From Patescibacteria group bacterium (GTDB lineage: Bacteria; Patescibacteriota; Minisyncoccia; UBA6257; 2-01-FULL-56-20): DNA of 64,000 bases. Position 1 is the stretch's first letter. Every line of letters begins with the position of its first letter. Location of the stretch: contig JAGXBC010000001.1 of the NCBI GenBank assembly GCA_018971305.1, positions 98,284 to 162,283 on the forward strand. Reading direction: 5' to 3'. The position numbers and the translations under genes are program-made. Below the pieces are notes generated by a model. The model ran no database searches. It was given only the letters and a program-made list of their open reading frames with translations, and was not told the origin of the DNA. This document shows positions 8,589 through 17,191 of this stretch, piece after piece.

Positions 8589-10082
8589 TTATTTAACGTG
8601 GTGTTTTTCTTTGATCTCCTCCTCGACGCCATCCTCAAATTCATCTTTGCGGTTTTTGGCTTTTTCCGCAAGCTTTTTAAGATCGTTGTCAGACATACTG
8701 CCCAGTTCTTTTACTCTCTCCTCCAGTTTTTCTTTGTCGTTACCTTTCGGTTCATCCAAAACCTCCTCTAAAAGGACCGATAAAACCCAACCAACGCGCG
8801 GTCCGGGCGGTACTTCTAAAATTTTCATCACATCATCACCGCGCACCGCAAGCATCTTCGGAGAAATAGGATCACGCTTGACTTTATCTATCATAAATAA
8901 AAGGTGGCGCAGTTTATAGGGAAACGCCTTGGGCACTCCCGAGCCGATCCTGTCAGCTTCGCGGACTTGCAACAGCTCATCAACGCTTTCCGGACCGACG
9001 CGAGCTAAAAACCTGCGCACCCCGGCGGCGGATACTTCATCGGTGTTGTAATAAAACATATGATAGCGGACAAGGTGTGCCACTTTCTCGGAAAATTCTT
9101 TGGGGAAGTGCAGGCGGTCAAGGGAGATGGTAGCAAGTTTTGCTCCGATATATTCGTGCTGATAAAAAGTCGAGTCCGGACCCTCGCCCCTCTTTGATTT
9201 CGGCTTGCCCACATCATGTAAAAGCGAGGCCAATCGCACTTCGGTCGAATAATTTTGCTTGGCGGTGTAATCGAGAGCACGCACGTTATGTTCGAAAACT
9301 GTGTAAATATGATGCTTATTCTGGCCGACATTTATCCCCTCACGCAGCTCGGGAATAACGTTCCTCAATAAATTAAGTTCTTCCAAAAGAATTATACCCT
9401 GGGCCGCGCGCGGACAGTTTAGAATCTTTATGAACTCGTCGCGGATGCGCTCTTTGGCTATCATCTCCAGTTCGCCGGAAAGTTTTTCGATGGCCTTACG
9501 CGTGCTTGGCTCTATCTGAAAATCCAACTCAACGGCAAAGCGGACCGCGCGCATTAGGCGCAACGCATCTTCAGAGAAACGCTCCTCTGAGTTGCCCACC
9601 GTACGAATAATTTTATCCTTCAGGTCGTCTTGCCCCTCAAAAGAGTCGATAATTTCACTTTTCTTCCCAACAACATCAAGCGCGAGGGCATTTATCGTAA
9701 AATCGCGCCTGGCCAGGTCTTCTTCCACCGTTTTGGCAAACTTAATTTCGTCCGGATGGCGTTTGTCGGTATATTTTCCTTCTATTCTATAAGTAGTAAC
9801 CTCCACAACCTTAAGCCGCGGGTCTTCCGACTCGGTTTTTATGCCAACTGTTCCAAAATCATTTTCATAAACCGTGGCGGGCTTGTCCTCCGTAGCACCA
9901 GCAAAGGAGGAAAATAATTTCTGCACTTCTTCCGGTTTGGCATTCGTAGTTATATCCCAATCTTTCGGCTCTCTTCCCAGCAAAAGATCGCGAACACAGC
10001 CGCCAACAAGATGGGCGTCGTAACCGGCCTCATTAAGCCTCTTCCCGATTCTTTTAACCTCTTTGGGGATGTCGTAATTCAT
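8589..10082 (-). CDS. cca: CCA-adding tRNA nucleotidyltransferase with HD domain
   Basis: VGGCVRDLL, DWDITT, RRDFTINA, EDALRLMRAVRF, LLHDVGK. Confidence 0.9.
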   Translation of the reverse strand: MNYDIPKEVKRIGKRLNEAGYDAHLVGGCVRDLLLGREPKDWDITTNAKPEEVQKLFSSFAGATEDKPATVYENDFGTVGIKTESEDPRLKVVEVTTYRIEGKYTDKRHPDEIKFAKTVEEDLARRDFTINALALDVVGKKSEIIDSFEGQDDLKDKIIRTVGNSEERFSEDALRLMRAVRFAVELDFQIEPSTRKAIEKLSGELEMIAKERIRDEFIKILNCPRAAQGIILLEELNLLRNVIPELREGINVGQNKHHIYTVFEHNVRALDYTAKQNYSTEVRLASLLHDVGKPKSKRGEGPDSTFYQHEYIGAKLATISLDRLHFPKEFSEKVAHLVRYHMFYYNTDEVSAAGVRRFLARVGPESVDELLQVREADRIGSGVPKAFPYKLRHLLFMIDKVKRDPISPKMLAVRGDDVMKILEVPPGPRVGWVLSVLLEEVLDEPKGNDKEKLEERVKELGSMSDNDLKKLAEKAKNRKDEFEDGVEEEIKEKHHVK

Positions 10083-10163
10083 TCATTTTATTGTATGCTG
10101 ATTTGCTGCTTTTTTCTAATACATTTATACTTCTACCCAGAAACTTAATCAGTTGGAGGCAAG

Positions 10164-10649
10164 ATGGAACAATACGAGATAGCTCCAAAAATATTTCTAG
10201 AAACAGTAAAGTGCGCGCTTTCTCTCCGTAAGCCCGAATACATCTTCATCCGACAGGTCGGCTCCGCGGGCGGTAAAACCATTGTAAGCATAGAATTGAG
10301 GAATAAAAATCTGTCTTTGCAAAAAACTCGCGGCGGAATAAAAATAATCGTCAATAAAAAAGAGATATTTTTCTGGAGAACGTCGCGCTCGCTGCTCAGC
10401 GGAAAACAATGGTCTATTGCGTACGAACGCTGGGACGAAAATAACCGGCTCCATCACGCTGTCACCGGGTACGAAAATCCCGACGACAACGCATTGCCGC
10501 GAATTGTAAAGACATTCTTACGTGCGGTAAGTTCCGATCGTCATTACGGAGAAATTAGATTTAACGGGAAAATTTCTATAATAGTTGATGAGAAAAACAC
10601 GAACAGGAACGAAAATGTCGCTTACTGGAAGTGGAAACTAAAAAAATAA
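10164..10649 (+). CDS. Hypothetical protein (stand-alone cassette)
   Basis: GGAGG at 10155-10159; TTGCTG-17-TATACT promoter (10103-10131); hairpin after the stop. Confidence 0.65.
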   Translation: MEQYEIAPKIFLETVKCALSLRKPEYIFIRQVGSAGGKTIVSIELRNKNLSLQKTRGGIKIIVNKKEIFFWRTSRSLLSGKQWSIAYERWDENNRLHHAVTGYENPDDNALPRIVKTFLRAVSSDRHYGEIRFNGKISIIVDEKNTNRNENVAYWKWKLKK

Positions 10650-10651
10650 CC

Positions 10652-10682
10652 CCGACGGCCAATAACCGTCGGCAATTTTTTA
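10652..10682 (+). terminator. Intrinsic terminator
   Basis: CCGACGG-N7-CCGTCGG followed by a T-run. Confidence 0.6.
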
Positions 10683-10736
10683 CTCAGCCGCCAGAAGCGG
10701 CTGGGTTTATCTTGCCTCCGCCCCGAATTGTTTCTT

Positions 10737-10776
10737 CCTGCCTGCCGCCTGCCTGTCGGCAGACAGGGCGGGCAGG
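10737..10776. repeat. Nested CCTGCC...GGCAGG palindrome (REP-like)
   Basis: CCTGCCTGTCGGCAGACAGG core inside an outer CCTGCC/GGCAGG stem, between convergent genes. Confidence 0.65.
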
Positions 10777-10781
10777 GGCTT

Positions 10782-11924
10782 CTACCTTATTTCGGCGTTG
10801 AATTGACCCTTTGTCTCATCTATAACTTTATTCTGTAACGGTTCTATCTCTTCGGTCTTTAGTGTCCGCTCGTTGGAACGATAGATGATACGGTACGTGT
10901 AACTAATTTTATCCACCCCGAATTTTTCCGCATTCTCATATTTATCAAGCAGCGAAACTTCTTCAACGAGATCCCCTCCTATATCGCGGATAAGGTCAAA
11001 ATAATTATTCGGCACAAAGCTCTTATCTACTACAAAAGAAATATCACGCGTGATGGGCGGGAATTTGCTGACCTCTTTGAATTTCTGTCCAAGTTTTAAT
11101 TGACGAGTGACGCGCGGATCGTTGGACCACAAAAGCCGGATATCCGGAAGCTGCATACTCAAAATCGCCAGGCGCTCCAAACCAAAACCAAAAGCCCAAC
11201 CGTTCCAGATTTTTGAATCCACGCCCAAATTGTCCAGAACTTTTGACTGTACGACGCCGCTCCCCAAAACTTCCACCCAATTGCCGGCCAGATCAATCTC
11301 CATTTCCAAACTCGGGTCCGTATAAGGAAATGTGTCTTTATTAAAACGATACTTAATATCTTTTCCGTAAATCGCCTGCGCGATTTTTACCAAAACATCC
11401 TGTAGCTCCTTGATGCCGATTTCTTTTTCTTCCCTGCGGCAAAGATACCAGCCGTCTATCTGATGGAAAACATTCATGTGCTTGCGGTCTATTTCGTCCT
11501 TGCGGTAAACCTTGCCATAAGAAAGCGCGCCAACGGCCTCTCCTTTCTTTATCTTTTCTTTCACCGATTCAAGCCCAAGCCAGTAATACCACATTATAGT
11601 GGTGTGCGTGCGCAAAATATTGGCGTCGTCCACGTAATACGTGTCCGAACGGCTCCGCGCCGGATGATCCGGAGGAAAATTAAATAAGTCAAAGCTTTCC
11701 TTGACGGGAACTATTTCCGGAACGTTTATCACGTCGAAATCCTTGAAGTCGGGCAGGGTTACCACTCTCTCGGCCAATTCGTGGATAGGATTTCCCGGCG
11801 TACGCGAAAGGTCCGGCATGTCCAAAAACCGCCGCATGCGCGCGGCCTCGGCGTCTGTGCGTTTTTCAAGCACTATCCGCAAACGTTTTGCCCCAGAAGA
11901 ATCGATTGTTGTTTCTTTGTGCAT
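10782..11924 (-). CDS. pheS: Single-chain (organellar-type) phenylalanyl-tRNA synthetase: alpha catalytic domain plus FDX-ACB anticodon-binding domain
   Basis: HPARSRSDTYY, LRTHTT, YRKDEIDRKH..VFHQ, FPYTDPS, GWAFGFGLERLA, then RDISF...YRIIYRSNERTL. Confidence 0.9.
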   Translation of the reverse strand: MHKETTIDSSGAKRLRIVLEKRTDAEAARMRRFLDMPDLSRTPGNPIHELAERVVTLPDFKDFDVINVPEIVPVKESFDLFNFPPDHPARSRSDTYYVDDANILRTHTTIMWYYWLGLESVKEKIKKGEAVGALSYGKVYRKDEIDRKHMNVFHQIDGWYLCRREEKEIGIKELQDVLVKIAQAIYGKDIKYRFNKDTFPYTDPSLEMEIDLAGNWVEVLGSGVVQSKVLDNLGVDSKIWNGWAFGFGLERLAILSMQLPDIRLLWSNDPRVTRQLKLGQKFKEVSKFPPITRDISFVVDKSFVPNNYFDLIRDIGGDLVEEVSLLDKYENAEKFGVDKISYTYRIIYRSNERTLKTEEIEPLQNKVIDETKGQFNAEIR

Positions 11925-11949
11925 TGGAAAGCTCGCTTGTTTTAATTAT

Positions 11950-12972
11950 TTATCTCCGCCCCAACTCATCATTATAGTCTTTCAAAAATATATTACGTAA
12001 GCCATTCAATGATACATCGGATACATGCGTTCCCAAAAACTCCATAATGTTTTCCTCGGCCCGCCCATAATCTTCACCTCTGCTTTTTCGCTTTTCGTCG
12101 TCCACTTCACGCAAGGCCTCTTTCTCTGTCACCACAGAATCCAGGTCAACAATTCGGCCATCCAAAGTGATATTGTGATCAGAAAGATAGCCGTGTAGCC
12201 AGCCATGCTTGTGCATTCTGGCAATATTCTGTGCCGTCGTTTTTGTAAGCCAAATTAAATAATCTGTAGTATTAAATTTTTTTGGATCCAGCCCCAATTC
12301 TTGCGCCACTAGCAGGCGGGCGTCTTCGATCAGCTCTCTTTTATCATATGCATCTTCAAGCCGCATACGCGTCCCGAACGCGCGCACCAGCACAACCGGT
12401 TCGTCTTCGGAACGAAGATTGCCGGCCTCTTTCGCTTCTTTAATTCCCATTCTACGCCCACCACTGCCTATAATTTCGTTGAGTTTAATGAGCGCTATGT
12501 CGCGATGCGTCCTTATACCTGCCTTAAGAAATTTTTCGCTCATATCAATATCGCTCCTCGCGTAACCCTCATCTAGAATACCCCACGTTGATTCTTTATT
12601 TCTCTCGTGTGGCACCGGGGGCCGAACGGCGAGCCGAGGATTATAGTAATCATTAAATGCGTAGCCGATACCCTTAACGTCAACATCCCTATAAAGCCGC
12701 CCCTCATCATCTTTGAAAATAACGTGCCCGATTATGCCTGACCGCTTGTGTTGCCTATGAACTTCAAGCTCATATCCGTCCTCCGGATAATCTTCCTGTG
12801 TAAGGAACATTCCCAATTTGGACGGTTTCCCTTCTCGCAGATCAAAGGGCAACTGAAGATGGGGGTTTACCCACTCCACGACGTTCTTAACTTCAACTGC
12901 CGGAAGGGTTTCGCGCCCCTCCGCCAGTTTATCTCCGCCAATACCGATTGGTAAATTTTCTTTATTTTTCAT
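11950..12972 (-). CDS. SelO/YdiU-like kinase-fold protein
   Basis: DVDVKGIG, SEKFLKAGIRT, VLVRAF, GWLHGYLSDHNITLDGRIVDLD in SelO order; start set at ATG 12972, downstream of the tRNA. Confidence 0.55.
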   Translation of the reverse strand: MKNKENLPIGIGGDKLAEGRETLPAVEVKNVVEWVNPHLQLPFDLREGKPSKLGMFLTQEDYPEDGYELEVHRQHKRSGIIGHVIFKDDEGRLYRDVDVKGIGYAFNDYYNPRLAVRPPVPHERNKESTWGILDEGYARSDIDMSEKFLKAGIRTHRDIALIKLNEIIGSGGRRMGIKEAKEAGNLRSEDEPVVLVRAFGTRMRLEDAYDKRELIEDARLLVAQELGLDPKKFNTTDYLIWLTKTTAQNIARMHKHGWLHGYLSDHNITLDGRIVDLDSVVTEKEALREVDDEKRKSRGEDYGRAEENIMEFLGTHVSDVSLNGLRNIFLKDYNDELGRR

Positions 12973-12980
12973 ATTTTCTG

Positions 12981-13052
12981 TGCCGACGGCAGGAATCGAA
13001 CCTGCGACCCAGCGCTTATGAAACGCTTGCTCTACCACTGAGCTACGCCGGC
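12981..13052 (-). tRNA. tRNA-Met or tRNA-Ile2 (CAT), elongator type
   Basis: GCCGGCG acceptor, AGCGT-TTCATAA-GCGCT anticodon arm, TTCGATT T-loop. Confidence 0.93.
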
Positions 13053-13191
13053 AATTATTCCTCCCCAAACATGCCGTTCCCTTAAATATTTTTTAACATT
13101 TATTTTGTCTATTGGCAAAAAAAGCTTGATAAAAGAAGCTTGGCGGCGTACAATTGATTATAGATTGAAAGAAAATTTGCGGGGGTGACAC

Positions 13192-13563
13192 GTGTTTTCC
13201 GGAATCGGCAGAAACCCTAAAAGAGCCACCAACGAGAGAATAGGACTGGCAATTAGTCTGATTTTTGCGATAATCGTGGCTGTTATTGCCTCTAAGCGGA
13301 CAAAGAAAATCACCGAACAGAATTCCGAACTGCATCTTGGGCAACAACTTACGGATGCATATTGCCGCGGCTGCCATACTTTTAATCATGAGCCGATCGG
13401 TGGCATGCGACATGTTAATACACTTAAAACCAGCGACGAAACGTTGCTATGGCAAATAGGCAACGATCCATCGAATACATCCCCAAACAGAAAAGATGAC
13501 CAGGTGGCAATTTTTAAATTCCTGCGCTATCAGGAAAAGCATCCAACCCAGGCACAAAAGTGA
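13192..13563 (+). CDS. Membrane-anchored protein with a CxxCH cytochrome-c-like domain
   Basis: TM helix, GQQLTDAYCRGCH, C-terminal DQVAIFKFL helix; GGGGG SD before GTG; terminator at ~13581-13610. Confidence 0.55.
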   Translation: MFSGIGRNPKRATNERIGLAISLIFAIIVAVIASKRTKKITEQNSELHLGQQLTDAYCRGCHTFNHEPIGGMRHVNTLKTSDETLLWQIGNDPSNTSPNRKDDQVAIFKFLRYQEKHPTQAQK

Positions 13564-13754
13564 GTGCTAAGGCCTACAACGCGACACCAAAATAACGGTG
13601 CCGCTTTTTATATTCTTCACCCCATCCCGATAATTCACTCTCTATAAACACCGACAACAATTAGAATTTTTCCGCGACGCATTGACGACTAATTGAAAAC
13701 ATAAGATACTGGGGAATAGTTATTAACCAATAAAAAATTAATAAAGGAGTGATA

Positions 13755-14645
13755 ATGGACGATATAAGTATTATCGCCGGCCCGTTCACTGACGACATCC
13801 TGAATGTTTTTTTCCGAACTTTTGGGTTTTGGAATAGACCTGTCGTAAACGAAAAAACGGTTACAACCAAAAAGCAATTACGAGTTAGAGATAAATTTCT
13901 GATTCGGAATAACGAACAAATAGTAACGGCACTGGAAAACAGGCGTCTCGGAAATCTTCTCCAAAAACTGCGGTGGGCAAATCCCCCGTCCATCTGTCTC
14001 GCTCAACTTGAAACATATCCTAAACGGATTAGGCTTGTTACTTATGTGACAAAATTTTCCGTCTTTCCGAAACGCATTCTGTCATTCTGCAAAAAATCAG
14101 CTTTCCTAATCGCAGGCGAACACGTTATGGAGTCCAACGCGATAACTATCTGTCCGGAAAATTTATGGCGAGCTTCTAATAAGAATCCGCGGGATGATGA
14201 TGTTTTTAGATATAAGCGCGCACTTACGTGGACCCTGGCGCACGAATTGGGCCATTCCTGGCTCCACAAACAAAAACATTGGACGCACGTTCCACCCTGG
14301 TTTATTAGAGTAATCCTTGCTGTGCCGCGGCTATTCCAGCAAGTCATCCTAGCCCACAAAGAAGGCCGGCTGGCGATAGCGGCGGGATTACTTTTCTATA
14401 TCTTCCTTCTCCCTCAGCAACTACTGACAGCGGTGGAATACACAATTTGTTCATTACTGGTCACTATCGCCTTACTGTGGCTGGACAAAATTATTCTTCC
14501 AATTATGATCGAAATGAAAGCCGATGAATTCGCGGAAAAGTTCATGTTAAAGAACGGCGAAGAGCTCTCCAGGTGTATCAGCGCCAGAAAAGAATCACCA
14601 TATTCTGATATCGGTTACAAAACCCCGACACCATTGTTCAAATGA
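13755..14645 (+). CDS. Putative membrane zinc metallopeptidase (HExxH)
   Basis: LAHELGH, two TM helices, downstream EMKADEFA; AAGGAG SD. Confidence 0.6.
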   Translation: MDDISIIAGPFTDDILNVFFRTFGFWNRPVVNEKTVTTKKQLRVRDKFLIRNNEQIVTALENRRLGNLLQKLRWANPPSICLAQLETYPKRIRLVTYVTKFSVFPKRILSFCKKSAFLIAGEHVMESNAITICPENLWRASNKNPRDDDVFRYKRALTWTLAHELGHSWLHKQKHWTHVPPWFIRVILAVPRLFQQVILAHKEGRLAIAAGLLFYIFLLPQQLLTAVEYTICSLLVTIALLWLDKIILPIMIEMKADEFAEKFMLKNGEELSRCISARKESPYSDIGYKTPTPLFK

Positions 14646-14714
14646 CTTTCGGGGTTTTTATTTTTATAACTTGTTCAACTCCTATCATTATTTTTACTAG
14701 AAGCGTAAGTTTGC

Positions 14715-14796
14715 GCTTCTTGAGGGTTTCTCGGAGCCACGAAGGTGGTGAGAGTAAGCGCGCTTCAAGCATGAAGCGACGCGTCCCTCAAGAAGC
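14715..14796. other. Structured intergenic element (three-way junction)
   Basis: GCTTCTTGAGGG/CCCTCAAGAAGC 12-bp closing stem with two internal hairpins. Confidence 0.55.
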
Positions 14797-14811
14797 ACGA
14801 ACCGGAGCCAT

Positions 14812-14887
14812 TTGCGGGGGTGGGAGTTGAACCCACTTCAGCAGCTTATGGGGCTGCCCGGAGAAAACCTTCCCCAGCCCTCCCGCG
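14812..14887 (-). tRNA. Initiator-tRNA-like gene (CAT) with an aberrant D-arm; possibly a pseudo-tRNA
   Basis: CGCGGGA...CCCCGCA-A with C1:A72 mismatch, GCAGC-CCCATAA-GCTGC, GTGGG-TTCAACT-CCCAC; D-arm replaced by an 8-bp hairpin. Confidence 0.6.
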
Positions 14888-14953
14888 CATTAAACACAAA
14901 ATCAAGTATAAACGAATTGTCAAAAATCTCCAAGCGTGAGAACATAAATATTA

Positions 14954-16189
14954 ATGAGACTTGCGATACTTGGCTTCGGCCGCGAAGGAAAATCTATTTT
15001 GAAATTTATAAAAAAATCTCCCGAATACCGCGGCGCGAAAATTGAAATTCTTGATAAAAAGCGCAGTAAAAATTATCTAAAAAATCTGGAAAAATTCGGT
15101 ATTATATTCCGCTCCCCGGGAATCCCCTATAATCTGCCAGAGCTGAAACGCGCGAGGAAAACCGGTGTTAGATTTTCCAGCGCCACGAAACTGTTTTTTA
15201 ACAATTGTCCGACAAAAAATATCATCGGCGTTACAGGCACTAAAGGCAAAGGCACAACCTCTACGCTGCTTTATAAAATCCTTAAAGCTTCCGGTAGGCG
15301 GGTTTTACTCGCCGGCAACATCGGAAAATCCGCGCTGGAAATTTTGCCGAGACTAAAAAATAATTCCTTGGTTGTCTTGGAATTATCCAGTTTCCAGCTC
15401 CAAGACCTCACGCTATCACCGCATATCGCCGTAGTTCTGGATATCTTCCCAGACCATCAAGACGCGCACCTCAATCTCCGCGAATACTACGAAGCGAAAA
15501 CCAACGTCGCCCGCAATCAGAAAAAGTCGGATAAAATTTTCTTTTTTAAGGATAATGCCTTAAGCCGCTGGACTGCCGCAAAGAGCCGCGGCAAAAAAAT
15601 AGGAATTGATCCAAAAAAATTCCGTCTCTTCGGCTGGGAAGATTTAAAAATCAGGGGTTGGTATAATTTTAAAAATGCAGTCATGGCGGCGACCGTCACC
15701 GAATCCCTGGGAATACCGGAGAAAATAATATTAAAAACAGTAAAAAGTTTCCGCGGCAATGAACATCGCCTGGAATTCGTAAGAAAAATCGGCGGCGTAG
15801 AATTCTGGAACGATTCCGCCTCAACAAACCCGCAAACAACCGCGGCGGCGATAAAAGCATTCCCAAAGGAAGGCAAAATACTTATTGCCGGAGGCCAGGA
15901 TAAAGGACTAGATTACAAACCACTCGCTCAAGCCCTGAAAAATTCCGACACAAAGCTTGTAATTCTTTTCGGCGAGAATAAAAGTAAAATCGCCGGTGCA
16001 ATTAAAAAATCAGGCGTCCCAATAAAATTTGTTAAAGATTTAAAAACTGCCATCCGGACATCTTATAATTTCGCCAAAAAATCACCGCCCGCAAAAATAT
16101 TATTCTCACCCGGAGCCACAAGTTTTGATATGTTCGAAAACTATGCCAACCGCGGCAAACAGTTCAAACTATTGACAAAAAAGTTATAA
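14954..16189 (+). CDS. murD: UDP-N-acetylmuramoyl-L-alanine--D-glutamate ligase
   Basis: RSPGIP, GVTGTKGKGTT, GNIG, LELSSFQL, HRLE, NDSASTN, SPGATSFDMF. Confidence 0.95.
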   Translation: MRLAILGFGREGKSILKFIKKSPEYRGAKIEILDKKRSKNYLKNLEKFGIIFRSPGIPYNLPELKRARKTGVRFSSATKLFFNNCPTKNIIGVTGTKGKGTTSTLLYKILKASGRRVLLAGNIGKSALEILPRLKNNSLVVLELSSFQLQDLTLSPHIAVVLDIFPDHQDAHLNLREYYEAKTNVARNQKKSDKIFFFKDNALSRWTAAKSRGKKIGIDPKKFRLFGWEDLKIRGWYNFKNAVMAATVTESLGIPEKIILKTVKSFRGNEHRLEFVRKIGGVEFWNDSASTNPQTTAAAIKAFPKEGKILIAGGQDKGLDYKPLAQALKNSDTKLVILFGENKSKIAGAIKKSGVPIKFVKDLKTAIRTSYNFAKKSPPAKILFSPGATSFDMFENYANRGKQFKLLTKKL

Positions 16190-16200
16190 CAGGATACAAT
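16172..16200 (+). promoter_or_regulatory. Sigma-70 promoter for the 16238 orphan gene
   Basis: TTGACA-17-TACAAT. Confidence 0.7.
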
Positions 16201-16237
16201 CTGAACAGCTTAAATTTTTAATTTAGTGAGGTGATAA

Positions 16238-16843
16238 GTGAAAAAGTTTGAGATTCTGCAGCTTAAGAAGGGGCTGCACCTAATGGCAACGACAAGCGAA
16301 AAAAATCGTCCCGCTGGATATATTCCCGAAGAATGTCTCTTGGAATATTTCCAGAGACCGAACATAACAACTCCGTTCATAGAATTGGTAATTTACAGGA
16401 GGCAGGCAGGAAGGTTTGAATACTTATACCAGAACCGCAACGATAAATGGTGGAAGGGGTTCTGCGCTTACGGCAGTATGGTCCGCAAGAGCCATCCGGC
16501 TTCTCCGGTGGAGATCGCCCAAAAAGCGATGGACCGGGAATTCAAGGGTCTTGGACTTGTAGTCAAATCGCTTCAGATTGTGAGTTCTCTTCATTGGCGG
16601 AAGCATCCGTGGTGCAATCCATTTGCCACTGTTTACCTGGTAAGAGTTCTCGGAGATGTTCCGGAAACGTCTGACCGCAAATGGATTTCGGCAGACAACA
16701 TGCCGAAAAATATGGTGATGAACCATGGGCTCTACATCCTCCAATGCGAATATTTCCTCAGCAGCGGACCGCTTATCTTCACACCGGAGGAACCAGACGG
16801 TCTACCGAAAAACTTTCGGAAACAATTCAAGGAGAAGCTATAG
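16238..16843 (+). CDS. Hypothetical protein, possibly a degenerate Nudix fold
   Basis: GAGGTG SD before GTG; IELVIYR...WKG...REF layout resembles Nudix but no intact Nudix box; terminator 16831-16860. Confidence 0.5.
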   Translation: MKKFEILQLKKGLHLMATTSEKNRPAGYIPEECLLEYFQRPNITTPFIELVIYRRQAGRFEYLYQNRNDKWWKGFCAYGSMVRKSHPASPVEIAQKAMDREFKGLGLVVKSLQIVSSLHWRKHPWCNPFATVYLVRVLGDVPETSDRKWISADNMPKNMVMNHGLYILQCEYFLSSGPLIFTPEEPDGLPKNFRKQFKEKL

Positions 16844-16895
16844 GCTTCTCCTGTTTTTTTGCAAAAATCCATAAAAATCAATAGAATTTACTTAT

Positions 16896-17189
16896 ATGTC
16901 ATCCCCTATCAACAAAAAAACATTGGAGCATTTAGCCGAACTTGCCCGCATAAAGCTGAACACTCAGGAAGAAGAGAAATTACTCCAGGACCTGCAAAAA
17001 ATATTGGAGCATTTTGAAGAGTTAAAAACTCTTGATACCGCAGGCGTGGAACCGATGAGCGGCGGCGGGGGCCTGAAAAACATTTTCCGCGACGACGCGG
17101 CTGCAGAAAATACAAATCAGCGTGCCGGCATTGAACAATTCCCGGACAAACAAGATGACTACTTAAAAGTTCCACCCGTCTTTGAATAA
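16896..17189 (+). CDS. gatC: Asp/Glu-tRNA amidotransferase subunit C
   Basis: HLAELARI, LDTAGVEPM, YLKVPPVF; immediately upstream of gatA. Confidence 0.93.
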   Translation: MSSPINKKTLEHLAELARIKLNTQEEEKLLQDLQKILEHFEELKTLDTAGVEPMSGGGGLKNIFRDDAAAENTNQRAGIEQFPDKQDDYLKVPPVFE

Positions 17190-17191
17190 AA

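Noticed and set aside
12973-13068. N-terminal extension of the 372-aa ORF
   Set aside because: It runs through the tRNA-CAT gene; ATG 12972 is the plausible start.
14700-14890. tmRNA or SRP RNA
   Set aside because: No Ala-type G3:U70 acceptor or tag ORF and no SRP helix-8 motif recognised; the tRNA-like part has a full anticodon arm.
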